A stretch of DNA of 64,000 nucleotides, taken from the NCBI GenBank assembly GCA_963662465.1, contig OY759599.1, positions 6,944,001 through 7,008,000 on the forward strand. The letters are read 5' to 3'. The DNA is from Desulfatiglandales bacterium (lineage in GTDB: Bacteria; Desulfobacterota; DSM-4660; Desulfatiglandales; Desulfatiglandaceae). The notes under the pieces were generated by a model. It searched no databases and had not been told where the DNA came from. It saw only the letters and a program-made list of their open reading frames with translations. Both the position numbers and the translations under genes were made by a program. Positions 30,496 to 40,879 of the stretch are shown here, in pieces (positions within the stretch are counted from its first letter, which is position 1; the number at the start of each line of letters is the position of its first letter).

Positions 30496-32328
30496 TTGAA
30501 AACATCAAATTTTGATCCTGTTTCTCAGGATGTCTTTGCAAAACAGTTGAAAATAGCCGTGTTGTTTGTTTTGGTAATATTCGGCATCCTCATTCTCAGG
30601 CTGTGGTTTTTGCAAATCGTAAACGGCTCAGCCTATCGCGCCAAGAGCGAACTGAACCGGATACGTCTTCAGAGCATGGCGCCTTTCAGAGGGGTGATTC
30701 GGGATGGCAGTGGTGAAATCCTGGTGGATAACCGACCGTCCTATGACCTTTATGTTATCCCGGAAGAGATTCAGGACCGTGAGGCTTTGCTGAACCGGCT
30801 GAGTTGCCTGGGGAATCTGGAGATGGGGCCGGTGATGGAAAAACTGGGTCGGGCCGCTCGTGGATACCCCTTTAAGCCGGTTTGTTTGAAGAAGGATCTT
30901 TCCCGCCGGGAGCTGGCCATGATTGAGACGCGCCGGTTTGATCTGCCGGGGGTTATCATCAAGGTACGACCTCAAAGACACTATTTTTACGGCGCCTTGG
31001 CCGCGCATGTGGTAGGGTATCTGGGGGAGATCAGCGAGAGGCAGTTGAGAAGCGGCAAATTCCCCGATAATAGGTCGGGGGATTTGATTGGTAAGACCGG
31101 GATAGAAGGAAAATGGCAGGCGTCGCTGAATGGGGGGCGTGGCGGAGAGCAGGTGGAAGTTGATGCGGCGGGCCGAAGAATTAAGGTGATTTCTAGAAGG
31201 TCCCCAGTCTCCGGAGCGGATGTCTGCTTGACCATCAATCGGGAATTGCAGGCCCTGGCGGAGAACGCCCTTGATGGAAAGCACGGGGCTATTGTGGCCA
31301 TGGATCCCAGAAATGGGCAGATTTTGGCTTTGGCAAGCAGCCCTTCGTATGATCCCAATCTGTTTATTACGGGTTTTGATGACGATACGTGGCAAAATAT
31401 GGTGTCGTCAAAGGATTATCCCCTGCATAACCGTGCGCTTACCGGCCAGTATCCTCCCGGAAGCGTGTTCAAGATTGTTGTGGCGCTGGCGGGTCTTCAG
31501 GAGGGAGTTATCAGTCCCCAGGAAGCGCTTTACTGCAATGGTCGGTATTCTCTGGGGCGAGGGAAATATCAATGCTGGAAGCGTTCCGGGCATGGAAAAG
31601 TAGACCTGCATCGAGCGCTTGTGGAATCCTGCGATGTCTATTTTTATCATTTGGGAATGAGGCTCGGGGTGGACAGGATTGCGGATTATGCCCATCAACT
31701 GGGGTTGGGACAAAAAACCGGTTTTAATCTGGGACATGAAGAAAGCGGACTTATTCCTACTGCCGAATGGAAACGCAAACGGTGGGGGACGCCATGGCAG
31801 GGAGGGGAAACCGTATCCACTTCCATTGGTCAGAGTTTTGTACTGGTCACGCCATTGCAGGTGGCCACGTTTGTTTCGGCGGTTTTTAACGGCGGCCACG
31901 TTTACAGGCCCCAGGCGACCAAGTGGGTTCGGAAAACGGGCGGTGAAAGCATCTTTGAGTTTACGCCCCAATTGATCAGAAATGTAGCGATTAAACCGGA
32001 ATATCTGGAGTTTGTGAAGAACGCCCTTACAGGCGCGGTCAACGATCCCAGGGGCACCGGATCTCAAGCCCGTTTGGCGGATATTATGGTCGCCGGGAAG
32101 ACCGGTACGGCCCAGGTGGTGAATCTCAAGAAGGAGAAAGACGCCAAAGTGGGGGGAGAAATTCCCTGGAAGTACCGGGATCATGCCTGGTTCGTTGCGG
32201 TTGCGCCGGCAGAAGCCCCAAGGATTACCGTGGCCGTTCTCATTGAGCATGGCGGGCACGGCGGCAGTGCCGCTGCCCCCATTGCCAGGACGCTTATTGA
32301 TGCGTATCTCAGGGTCCCGGTCGATTAA
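30496..32328 (+). CDS. mrdA: Penicillin-binding protein 2
   Basis: PPGSVFK, SCDVYFY, GKTGTAQ. Confidence 0.95.
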   Translation: MKTSNFDPVSQDVFAKQLKIAVLFVLVIFGILILRLWFLQIVNGSAYRAKSELNRIRLQSMAPFRGVIRDGSGEILVDNRPSYDLYVIPEEIQDREALLNRLSCLGNLEMGPVMEKLGRAARGYPFKPVCLKKDLSRRELAMIETRRFDLPGVIIKVRPQRHYFYGALAAHVVGYLGEISERQLRSGKFPDNRSGDLIGKTGIEGKWQASLNGGRGGEQVEVDAAGRRIKVISRRSPVSGADVCLTINRELQALAENALDGKHGAIVAMDPRNGQILALASSPSYDPNLFITGFDDDTWQNMVSSKDYPLHNRALTGQYPPGSVFKIVVALAGLQEGVISPQEALYCNGRYSLGRGKYQCWKRSGHGKVDLHRALVESCDVYFYHLGMRLGVDRIADYAHQLGLGQKTGFNLGHEESGLIPTAEWKRKRWGTPWQGGETVSTSIGQSFVLVTPLQVATFVSAVFNGGHVYRPQATKWVRKTGGESIFEFTPQLIRNVAIKPEYLEFVKNALTGAVNDPRGTGSQARLADIMVAGKTGTAQVVNLKKEKDAKVGGEIPWKYRDHAWFVAVAPAEAPRITVAVLIEHGGHGGSAAAPIARTLIDAYLRVPVD

Positions 32329-32348
32329 TAAAATTATGCTTATCCTCT

Positions 32349-32373
32349 CGTTCCCACGCGCCGGCGCGGGAAC
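32349..32373. repeat. REP-like hairpin
   Basis: cgttcccacgcgccggcgcgggaac. Confidence 0.7.
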
Positions 32374-32383
32374 CCGGTGAATC

Positions 32384-33487
32384 ATGCTTGATCGAAGACT
32401 GATCCAGAATTTTGATTGGGTTTTGCTGTTGCTGCTTCTCATGTTGGCGGGAACCAGTATCCTCAATCTCTACAGTGCTACCTATGCCATTCGGGATGTG
32501 GGGGGGGCGCGGATCTTTTTAAAACAGGTTTATTGGTTTTTAATCGGGTTCAGCGTTTTTTTGATGATGATCACTTTCAATTATTATTCCCTGGAGCGGC
32601 TGGCTTACCCGTTTTATTTTTTTACGGTGACGCTTTTAATCATGGTCCTGGTGGCGGGCAAGGTGATATCCGGGTCCCAGCGCTGGTTGAGTTTGGGCCC
32701 CGTTATTTTTCAACCTTCGGAACTGGCAAAGATTTCAATGGTGCTGGTTCTGGCAAAATTTTTTAATGATAGAGGCGAGATCGAAGAATACCGATTAAGA
32801 GACCTGTGGCAGCCTTTTATCCTTATCCTGATACCGTGCGGTCTTATTTTAAAAGAACCTGATTTGGGTACGTCCCTGTTTTTGGGGGCCATATCCCTGT
32901 CGATGATTTTGATTGTCAAGGTCAACTGGAAATCGTTATTGATCTTTATGGGCGGTTGTTTTCTGGTTGCGCCGGTGATCTGGTTTGGTTTGAAGGATTA
33001 CCAGCAGAAACGCATCTTTACCTTTCTGAGGCCTGATATTGACCCCCTGGGCGCCGGATATCATATCAATCAATCCAAAATTGCCATTGGTTCCGGTCAA
33101 TTCTGGGGCAAAGGATATTTGCGGGGAACACAAACACGGCTGCATTTTCTGCCTGAACAACATACCGACTTCGCTTTTTCCGTCCTGGCCGAAGAGTGGG
33201 GGCTGGCAGGCGTCACGGCGCTGTTGCTGCTGTACCTTTTTCTGATTTTGTGGGGATTGAATATTGCCAAAGGTTCCAAGGACAGGTTTGGGGCAATTCT
33301 TGCCGTGGGCATTGTTGCCATTGTGTTCTGGCAGGTCGTCATTAATGTGGGGATGGTCACGGGCCTTTTGCCGGTAGTGGGTATTCCGCTGCTGCTTTTC
33401 AGCTACGGCGGTTCATCCCTGATTTCAACCATGGCGGCCATGGGTCTTTTGATGAACATCAGTATGAGGCGTTTTATGTTCCAATAG
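32384..33487 (+). CDS. rodA: Rod shape-determining protein RodA
   Basis: QPSELAK, LPEQHTDF, SYGGSS. Confidence 0.95.
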   Translation: MLDRRLIQNFDWVLLLLLLMLAGTSILNLYSATYAIRDVGGARIFLKQVYWFLIGFSVFLMMITFNYYSLERLAYPFYFFTVTLLIMVLVAGKVISGSQRWLSLGPVIFQPSELAKISMVLVLAKFFNDRGEIEEYRLRDLWQPFILILIPCGLILKEPDLGTSLFLGAISLSMILIVKVNWKSLLIFMGGCFLVAPVIWFGLKDYQQKRIFTFLRPDIDPLGAGYHINQSKIAIGSGQFWGKGYLRGTQTRLHFLPEQHTDFAFSVLAEEWGLAGVTALLLLYLFLILWGLNIAKGSKDRFGAILAVGIVAIVFWQVVINVGMVTGLLPVVGIPLLLFSYGGSSLISTMAAMGLLMNISMRRFMFQ

Positions 33488-33634
33488 TTGTTACTGCAGG
33501 GTGCAGGGTGCAAAAAAATCAGCTTTATCCTGCCCCCTGACAACTGCTTCTGTTTTTGTTGCATGAAAACGGAATCTTATGCTATAGGTCCTTGCATTTT
33601 GCTTATTGAGCGATAGATTTGACCGAGGTTTACA

Positions 33635-34630
33635 TTGACGAAATCATCTTCCAAGAAAAAGAGTTCCTTGATCAGCAAAAAGATCAGTTTTCCGGATAAT
33701 GAATTGATGCGGGCTCTCTGTGGAGAGCAAAATGCTCATTTGCACCTGATTGAAAAGAAGATCGGCGTTTCCCTGAATTTGAGGGGGAATGTGTTGTTGC
33801 TTCAGGGCGGGGATTGGGAAGTGGAACTGGCTGAAAGGGTTTTGTCTCAGCTTTATCACTTGTTGGAGTCTCAGTATCCCTTATATATCAATGACGTGGA
33901 TCATGCTGTAAGGATTTTGAGCGGTGACCGTTCCGTGGATTTGAAGAAGATATTCAAAGATGAGGTTTACATTACCTCCCAGAAGAAAATTATTACCCCC
34001 AAAACCATCAACCAGAAAAAATACATCGACAGCATTAAAAAATATGATATCGTGTTTGGAATCGGGCCGGCGGGAACGGGAAAGACCTACCTTGCCATGG
34101 CCATGGCCGTGGCCTCATTGATCAAAAAAGAGTGCAGCCGGATTATTCTGGCTCGACCGGCGGTGGAGGCGGGGGAGCGCCTGGGCTTTCTGCCGGGAGA
34201 TCTGTATGAAAAAATAAACCCCTATCTTCGGCCTTTGTACGATGCGCTTCACGATATGATGCCCTTTGAAAACGCATCCGACCTGTTGGAGAAGGGGGTG
34301 ATCGAGGTGGCGCCCCTGGCGTTTATGAGGGGCCGGACGTTGAACGATTCCTTTGTGATCCTGGATGAGGCGCAAAATGCCACGCCTGAGCAGATGAAAA
34401 TGTTTCTGACTCGCCTGGGTTTTAGTTCCAAGGCGGTGATTACCGGTGATATCACTCAAACGGATTTGCCCAAAGGGCAGATATCGGGTTTGATTGAAGC
34501 GCAGCAGACCTTGACGGGAATTGAAGGCATTCAGATTGTTTTGTTTTCCAGGGAAGACGTGATCAGACACCCGTTGGTTCAGAAGATTATCGATGCTTAC
34601 GAAGAACTGGAAAACCGGAAAAAGGCTTGA
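33635..34630 (+). CDS. phoH: PhoH family ATPase
   Basis: GPAGTGKT, LGFLPGDL, RGRTL, DEAQN. Confidence 0.93.
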   Translation: MTKSSSKKKSSLISKKISFPDNELMRALCGEQNAHLHLIEKKIGVSLNLRGNVLLLQGGDWEVELAERVLSQLYHLLESQYPLYINDVDHAVRILSGDRSVDLKKIFKDEVYITSQKKIITPKTINQKKYIDSIKKYDIVFGIGPAGTGKTYLAMAMAVASLIKKECSRIILARPAVEAGERLGFLPGDLYEKINPYLRPLYDALHDMMPFENASDLLEKGVIEVAPLAFMRGRTLNDSFVILDEAQNATPEQMKMFLTRLGFSSKAVITGDITQTDLPKGQISGLIEAQQTLTGIEGIQIVLFSREDVIRHPLVQKIIDAYEELENRKKA

Positions 34631-37170
34631 GGCGGCACTGCGCTGTTATGTCAAGGCATACCTCATATGGCTCTAAATTGAAGATATTTCACCCAAAAAA
34701 AATATCCGGCCGAAGGGAAAAGGATGTGTCTTCCAGAGTTAAAACAGCTCGGTCGGTACGTGCGTTCTGGCTTCGGGATGATACCCGGAAATGGTGTATT
34801 CTGATGGGCCTCAGCCTGATCATTTCCGTTTTGCTTTTTCCCAGCATTTTGACGCCTCCCAAAACATACAATCTGGGCGATGTGGCCGACCGCGATATCA
34901 AGGCCTCCAGGGAATTCCTGGTTGAAAACAGCGAACTCACGGAAAAAAACAGACAGGAGGCGGTCCGGGCGGTTATGCCCGTTTATGATTTTGATCCCAC
35001 TGCAAGCGATGTGGTTCCCCGAATACGAGAGGCCTTTGCGATCGGTCGGAAGTATTCGGCCGATTCTCTGAAATCGGCATGGATGTCGACGTCCCCTGAA
35101 AATGCTCAAAACGAACATCTTTCGATCACAAATGCCTTTCGAAAGCGATTTTTTGAAATCCTGGACATCCCCGAAAACGATGCCTTGGTCCATATCCTGG
35201 TCATGAACGATTTTTCTCCGAAGGCGGAATCGGCTGTTGTCAAACTGGTCGGCGATGTTTTTAGAAAGGGTGTGGTGGGCAATCAGGTGATGCTGATGAC
35301 CTACCGCGGCAAGGGGATCATCCTTCAAAATATTCAGGACGGAAAGGAGGAGACTATTTCCGATCTTGAGCGTTTTTATGACCTTAAAACCGCGCAAGGG
35401 TTTGTTCGAAACCAGGGGAAGTCGCTTGCGCTGAACATATGGCCTGAAAAATTGGCGGAAGCCTCTTTAGAACTGGCCGTATCGCTTATTAAGCCCAATC
35501 TTACATTTAACAAGCGCGAAACCGCGCTATTGAAGGAAACCGCCGGAAGGTCCGTTAAACCCTTTTTCTTCAAGGTCAAAAAAGGAGAAATCTTTATTCG
35601 GGAAGGAGAGCGGGTTACACCGGAACAACTCCTCAAATTAAGCGCTCAGTATAAGAGTTTAAAACAAAAAAAGATGCTGGGAAGGGTTCCCGCTATGGTG
35701 GTTCTCATGACCTTTCTGCTGATTTCCATGTATCATATGGGCTTGGGAAAGAGCCGGGCGACCGGTTCCGAGATCAGAGATCTGGCGCTGAACGCCGTGA
35801 TGCTGCTGGTCATATTCTTTGTGGTGATTGCGTTTAATTTCGTAGCTTTTGAAACCGCCAGGGGGTTCCATTTTTTCTCTCCAAGAGCCCTGCTGTATGC
35901 CGTTCCGGTCGCCGGCGGCGCCATGCTCATTTGCATCTTTCATGGCATGGTAACGGCCGCCGGTTTTTCTCTTATTGCGTCTGTTCTGGCCTGTATGGTT
36001 GTGGACGGTCGCGTGGAGTTTTTTGTCTATTTTTTCGTCAGTTCTTTTTTGGCGGCGACCTGGGTGCGTCGGTACAGGGCAAGGGGCGTTTTCATTGAGG
36101 CCGGTCTTAAGGTCGGCTTGTGCAATATGATCCTTGCCCTTGCCATGGAAGGATTGTATGGGCCCTTTTTTAACGTGGAGACCCTTATCGCCTGTTGTTC
36201 GGCATTTATCGGCGGCGTGTTGGTGGGCGTAATCGCCACGGGACTGATGCCGCTCATTGAAATGACCTTCGGCTATACCACGGATATCAAGCTCATGGAA
36301 TTGGCCAATCTCGACCAGCCGCTTCTGCGGGAGTTGATGGTTCAGGCGCCGGGAACTTATCACCACAGTGTTATCGTCAGCAATATGGTGGAGGCGTCTG
36401 CCCGGGCTATCGGTGCAAATCCGTTGCTGGCCAAGGTGGCCGCCTATTATCATGATATCGGCAAGATCAAAAAGCCGCTTTATTTCATCGAGAATCAAGG
36501 GGGAAGGGCCAACCGGCATGAAAAACTGGCGCCCTCCATGAGTAGCCTCATCCTGATCGCCCATGTGAAGGACGGGGTGGAACTGGCTAAACAGGCCAAG
36601 CTGGGACGGGAGATCATCGCGATTATCAAGCAGCATCATGGGACGTCCCTGATTATGTTTTTCTATGGGAAGGCCAAGGAACGGGCCGAGAAAAAAGGGG
36701 ATAAATCAATTCAGGTCAAAGAGGAAGATTTTCGTTATCCGGGGCCTAAGCCTCAGACCAAGGAAGCGGGCCTCGTGATGCTGGCGGATGTTATCGAGGC
36801 GGCTTCCAAGACGCTGGTAGACCCGACGCCGGCGCGAATACAGGGAATGGTGCAGAAAATTATGAACAAGATTTTTTCAGACGGGCAGCTGGATGAGTGT
36901 GAGTTGACCCTGAAAGACCTGCATGCCATTGCTAAAAGCTTTAACCAGACGTTGAGCGGCATTTTTCATCATCGGATTGAATATCCGGACCCTGTGGCGA
37001 AGATTGCATCCGTGCGGAATCGAGACGGTGTGGGAAGCGGTAAAAACGGGATGAACAGGAAGGGAGAAAATGGAGATACAGATCAAAACGGAGCGTCCGG
37101 CCCCCGGGTTGGACGAGCAGAAAATAAAAGTGAAAGTGAAGAGAGTCTTAGAAGACTTGGACTGTCTTGA
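34627..37170 (+). CDS. 7TM-HD phosphohydrolase (PgpH-like)
   Basis: 7TMR-HDED domain, TM helices, APGTYHHS, YHDIGK, QHHGT. Confidence 0.88.
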   Translation: MRRHCAVMSRHTSYGSKLKIFHPKKISGRREKDVSSRVKTARSVRAFWLRDDTRKWCILMGLSLIISVLLFPSILTPPKTYNLGDVADRDIKASREFLVENSELTEKNRQEAVRAVMPVYDFDPTASDVVPRIREAFAIGRKYSADSLKSAWMSTSPENAQNEHLSITNAFRKRFFEILDIPENDALVHILVMNDFSPKAESAVVKLVGDVFRKGVVGNQVMLMTYRGKGIILQNIQDGKEETISDLERFYDLKTAQGFVRNQGKSLALNIWPEKLAEASLELAVSLIKPNLTFNKRETALLKETAGRSVKPFFFKVKKGEIFIREGERVTPEQLLKLSAQYKSLKQKKMLGRVPAMVVLMTFLLISMYHMGLGKSRATGSEIRDLALNAVMLLVIFFVVIAFNFVAFETARGFHFFSPRALLYAVPVAGGAMLICIFHGMVTAAGFSLIASVLACMVVDGRVEFFVYFFVSSFLAATWVRRYRARGVFIEAGLKVGLCNMILALAMEGLYGPFFNVETLIACCSAFIGGVLVGVIATGLMPLIEMTFGYTTDIKLMELANLDQPLLRELMVQAPGTYHHSVIVSNMVEASARAIGANPLLAKVAAYYHDIGKIKKPLYFIENQGGRANRHEKLAPSMSSLILIAHVKDGVELAKQAKLGREIIAIIKQHHGTSLIMFFYGKAKERAEKKGDKSIQVKEEDFRYPGPKPQTKEAGLVMLADVIEAASKTLVDPTPARIQGMVQKIMNKIFSDGQLDECELTLKDLHAIAKSFNQTLSGIFHHRIEYPDPVAKIASVRNRDGVGSGKNGMNRKGENGDTDQNGASGPRVGRAENKSESEESLRRLGLS

Positions 37171-37519
37171 AAAAGAGTTGAGCATTCTATTTACGGGCGA
37201 TGAATACATGGCGGAATTGAACCGTCAATATCGGGACAAGGAAGGCCCTACTGATGTGTTGTCCTTTCCCATGCAGGACCCCACGAGGGATGTCGGCAAT
37301 CGCTTTCCTGAAACAGGCATGCTGGGGGATGTGGCCATTTCCGTGGACACGGCGTTGCGGGATGCGGAGGAACTCGGCGAACCCCTGGAAAGGACCATCG
37401 ATCGACTCTTGATTCATGGTATTTTACATCTACTGGGGTATGATCATGAGAGATCTTCAGTGGATTCCATGTTGATGTCAAAAGAGGAAGAGCGTTTGAT
37501 GAATTTTTTCTGGATGTAA
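37070..37519 (+). CDS. ybeY: rRNA maturation endoribonuclease
   Basis: PTDVLSFP, HGILHLLGYDH. Confidence 0.95.
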   Translation: MEIQIKTERPAPGLDEQKIKVKVKRVLEDLDCLEKELSILFTGDEYMAELNRQYRDKEGPTDVLSFPMQDPTRDVGNRFPETGMLGDVAISVDTALRDAEELGEPLERTIDRLLIHGILHLLGYDHERSSVDSMLMSKEEERLMNFFWM

Positions 37520-37599
37520 AGTGACGAGTGAAGAGTCATCCGAGGGTTTGTTTTTCAACTCTTCACTTTTAACTTTTAACTCCTTTGGAGGTTGAATGA

Positions 37600-38346
37600 A
37601 TGGCAAAGTTGACCGTAAATGTGGATCATGTGGCAACGGTTCGTCAGGCCAGAGGCGTTGATGCTCCCGACCCGGTCCTGGCAGCAGGTCTTGCCGAGCT
37701 GGCGGGCGCCGATGGCATTATCTGTCACCTCAGGGAGGACAGGCGTCACATCAACGACAGAGATCTCCGATTGTTGCGGGAGACCGTCAAGACCAGGCTC
37801 AACATGGAAATGGCCCCCGTTGATGAAATGGTGAAAATCGCACTGGATGTCAAACCCCATATGGTCACTCTGGTGCCGGAAAAAAGAGAGGAACTGACAA
37901 CGGAAGGCGGCCTGGATGTTGTGGCGCGATCGGACCATTACCGCCATGTTGTTGAGCAATTCCATGAGGCGGGGATCAAGGTCAGTTTTTTTATAGACCC
38001 CGATCCGGAACAGGTGAAGGCCGCACATTTGTGTCGGGGCGATATTGTTGAACTCCATACGGGTCATTATTCCGAGGCAAGATCTGAAGATGAGGCCAAG
38101 AGGCGCTTTGCGCGGCTGGTCCTTGCGGCACAATCCGCTTCGGCGCTGGATCTGAGCATTAGTGCCGGTCACGGGCTTGACTATATGAATGTTAAAAGGT
38201 TCGAAGCGCTGCCGCTGGTGGAGGAGTACAGCATCGGGCACAGCATCGTTGCCATGGCGGTGATGGTGGGGTTTGAACAGGCGGTTCGGAAAATGATTGA
38301 ACTGGTGAAATTCTTTGGAAACCGCGGGGGCATGCCGTCATGTTAA
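37600..38346 (+). CDS. pdxJ: Pyridoxine 5'-phosphate synthase
   Basis: VNVDHVATVRQAR, HLREDRRHI, TTEGGLD. Confidence 0.96.
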   Translation: MAKLTVNVDHVATVRQARGVDAPDPVLAAGLAELAGADGIICHLREDRRHINDRDLRLLRETVKTRLNMEMAPVDEMVKIALDVKPHMVTLVPEKREELTTEGGLDVVARSDHYRHVVEQFHEAGIKVSFFIDPDPEQVKAAHLCRGDIVELHTGHYSEARSEDEAKRRFARLVLAAQSASALDLSISAGHGLDYMNVKRFEALPLVEEYSIGHSIVAMAVMVGFEQAVRKMIELVKFFGNRGGMPSC

Positions 38347-38789
38347 ATGCAAGCGATATTATGACTGCGGCGGTGATTACCGTTAAGAAGGAGACTTCCC
38401 TTACGGCGCTTGCCGGGATTCTCGCCAAAAACCATATCAACGGGGTTCCCGTGGTGGATGAGGAAGGATTGCTGATCGGCATTATTTGTGAAAGCGATCT
38501 GATTCGGAAGGACAAGAAACTGCATATTCCCACTGTGGTTGCGCTTTTCGATGCCGTGTTTTATCTTGAAAGTTCGAAAAAACTGGAAAAGGAAATTCAA
38601 CTGATCAACGCTACCACCGTTGAAGAGCTGTTTACCCGGAAGGTGATTACCGTGGATGCCAAAACGCCCGTCGATGAAATTGCCACCATCATGACCCGGA
38701 AAAAGATTTATACGATTCCCGTGATGGATGGCAACCGCATGGTAGGCATTGTCGGCAAGGCCGATGTGATAAGGTCTTTTGTCTCTTGA
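38340..38789 (+). CDS. CBS domain protein
   Basis: Tandem CBS domains. Confidence 0.88.
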   Translation: MLNASDIMTAAVITVKKETSLTALAGILAKNHINGVPVVDEEGLLIGIICESDLIRKDKKLHIPTVVALFDAVFYLESSKKLEKEIQLINATTVEELFTRKVITVDAKTPVDEIATIMTRKKIYTIPVMDGNRMVGIVGKADVIRSFVS

Positions 38790-39268
38790 AAACAAAAAAC
38801 GTGTGTTATCGGACTCGCTCCCCTGAAGAAACCGTGGCGCTGGGCCAAAAACTGGGGAGGCTTCTTCAAAAGGGAGATCTGGTTGCTCTGGCGGGAGAAC
38901 TGGGTTGCGGGAAGACGTGGTTCACCAAAGGCATTGCGCTGGGTGTGGGGGTTTCCCCCCGTACGGTGGTGACCAGTCCCTCTTTTGCGCTGATGAATGA
39001 ATACCAGGGGGAAACCACGCTTTTCCATATGGATGTTTACCGTTTGGAAACGGATGAGGATTTCCTGGCGACGGGTCTCGATGAATGTTTTGACGGCGGC
39101 GGCGTCGTGGTGATGGAATGGGGCGATAAATGGCCGGATATTCTGCCGGATTGTCGGTTGAATGTGGCATTTTCAATTCTGGGTGAGCAATCGCGGGAAT
39201 TGCGGATGACGGGAAATCATTTTCGGGTGATTGAAATATTGGCAGGGCTTGAAAAATCAGGCGTTTGA
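38786..39268 (+). CDS. tsaE: t6A biosynthesis ATPase
   Basis: GELGCGKT, VTSPSF, HMDVYRL, MEW. Confidence 0.94.
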   Translation: MKTKNVCYRTRSPEETVALGQKLGRLLQKGDLVALAGELGCGKTWFTKGIALGVGVSPRTVVTSPSFALMNEYQGETTLFHMDVYRLETDEDFLATGLDECFDGGGVVVMEWGDKWPDILPDCRLNVAFSILGEQSRELRMTGNHFRVIEILAGLEKSGV

Positions 39269-39281
39269 ATGAGGAAAGGGT

Positions 39282-40514
39282 ATGGCACGCATTGTACAAA
39301 AGTATGGCGGTACTTCGGTGGGCAGCATTGAAAAGATAAAGGCGGTGGCTGAGCGCGTTATTGAGGCCCATAAGCATGGCAACCAGATGGTCGTGGTGTT
39401 GTCCGCCATGGCCGGTCAAACCGATGGACTGATCAATATGGCAAAAGAGATCAATCCCGACCCGGATTCACGGGAACTGGATGTGCTGATGTCCACGGGG
39501 GAGCAGGTCAGCGTGGCCCTGTTTGCCATGGCGGTGAAATCCTTTGGGTATGACGCCCTGTCCCTGCTGGGGTTTCAGGCCGCCATCCATACGGACGATC
39601 TATACGGCAGGGCCAGGATTCAGGATATTGAAATCGATCGGATTGTTCAAAATCTGGATGCCGGTCGGATTGTTACGGTGGCCGGGTTTCAGGGTCTTAA
39701 CGCCTGCGGCGACATCACCACCCTGGGTCGCGGCGGGTCCGACACCACGGCGGTGGCCCTTGCGGCGGCGTTGGATGCTGATGTTTGCGAGATCTTGACG
39801 GATGTGGATGGGGTTTATACCACGGATCCCAATGTGTGTCGCAAAGCCAGGAAGATGGATTTCATTTCATACGATGAAATGCTGGAGATGGCCAGCATGG
39901 GCGCCAAAGTCCTTGAAATCCGCTCGGTGGAGTTTGCCAAGAAATTCAATGTGCCGATTCACGTAAGGTCCACTTTTACCAATGAAAGGGGTACGATGGT
40001 GGTTGCTGAAACAAAAGACATGGAAAAAGTCGCGGTATCGGGTGTGGCTTATAATAAAAATGAGGCCAGGATCACCATTCGAAAAATTCCGGATCAACCG
40101 GGTGTGGCGTCCAGGATATTCGATCCGGTCTTTAGAGCCGGCATTGTGGTGGACATGATTGTGCAGAATACCAGTCAGGATGGATTTACCGACCTGACGT
40201 TTACGGTGCCCAAGGCGGACTTTTATAAAACCATGAAGCTCGTTAGCGACGTGGGGGAGGATGTGGGCGCTGAAACGGTCCTGGGGGACGAGGATATTGC
40301 AAAAGTGTCCATCATCGGCGTCGGCATGCGGGTTCATGCGGGCATTGCCAAAAAAATGTTCGCGGCCCTGGCCAATAAAAACATCAATATCATGATGATC
40401 AGTACATCCGAAATTAAAATCTCCTGCATCATAGAGGAAACATATACCGAACTGGCGGTACGTGTTCTTCACGACGTTTTTGGCCTGGATCATGAAAAAG
40501 AGGAATTCCAATAG
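39282..40514 (+). CDS. lysC: Aspartate kinase
   Basis: KYGGTSV, TLGRGGSD, ACT domains. Confidence 0.95.
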   Translation: MARIVQKYGGTSVGSIEKIKAVAERVIEAHKHGNQMVVVLSAMAGQTDGLINMAKEINPDPDSRELDVLMSTGEQVSVALFAMAVKSFGYDALSLLGFQAAIHTDDLYGRARIQDIEIDRIVQNLDAGRIVTVAGFQGLNACGDITTLGRGGSDTTAVALAAALDADVCEILTDVDGVYTTDPNVCRKARKMDFISYDEMLEMASMGAKVLEIRSVEFAKKFNVPIHVRSTFTNERGTMVVAETKDMEKVAVSGVAYNKNEARITIRKIPDQPGVASRIFDPVFRAGIVVDMIVQNTSQDGFTDLTFTVPKADFYKTMKLVSDVGEDVGAETVLGDEDIAKVSIIGVGMRVHAGIAKKMFAALANKNINIMMISTSEIKISCIIEETYTELAVRVLHDVFGLDHEKEEFQ

Positions 40515-40863
40515 CGGCGCCGGCGCGTTTTGCCTGCTTTTTTTGCTGTTGCTCATTCATTCTTTGGGACAGCCTTTAAACCCGGGCAGCCGAGTGCTTG
40601 TAGCGCGTCCCGCGGAAAAGGTGGATATTCGGTCCGGTGAATTGTCGCCTTTTTACCGGTTGACCCTGGGGATGCCCATTTCCGTTAATGGAAGCACGGC
40701 CGTGGGGTTAACCGCCGTGCCTGGCATCGGACCCAAAACGGCCGCGGCTATTGTTCGCGCCCGTGAGCAGGCCGGTGGGTTTTCAGCGTTGAAGGATCTG
40801 ATGTCCATCCGGGGGATCGGCCCTTCCCTTTATCAAAAAATAAGCCCTTATCTGACATTATAG
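40462..40863 (+). CDS. ComEA-like helix-hairpin-helix protein (start uncertain)
   Basis: VPGIGPKTA, IRGIGP. Confidence 0.85.
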   Translation: MFFTTFLAWIMKKRNSNSGAGAFCLLFLLLLIHSLGQPLNPGSRVLVARPAEKVDIRSGELSPFYRLTLGMPISVNGSTAVGLTAVPGIGPKTAAAIVRAREQAGGFSALKDLMSIRGIGPSLYQKISPYLTL

Positions 40864-40879
40864 GGGAATTGAGGATAGG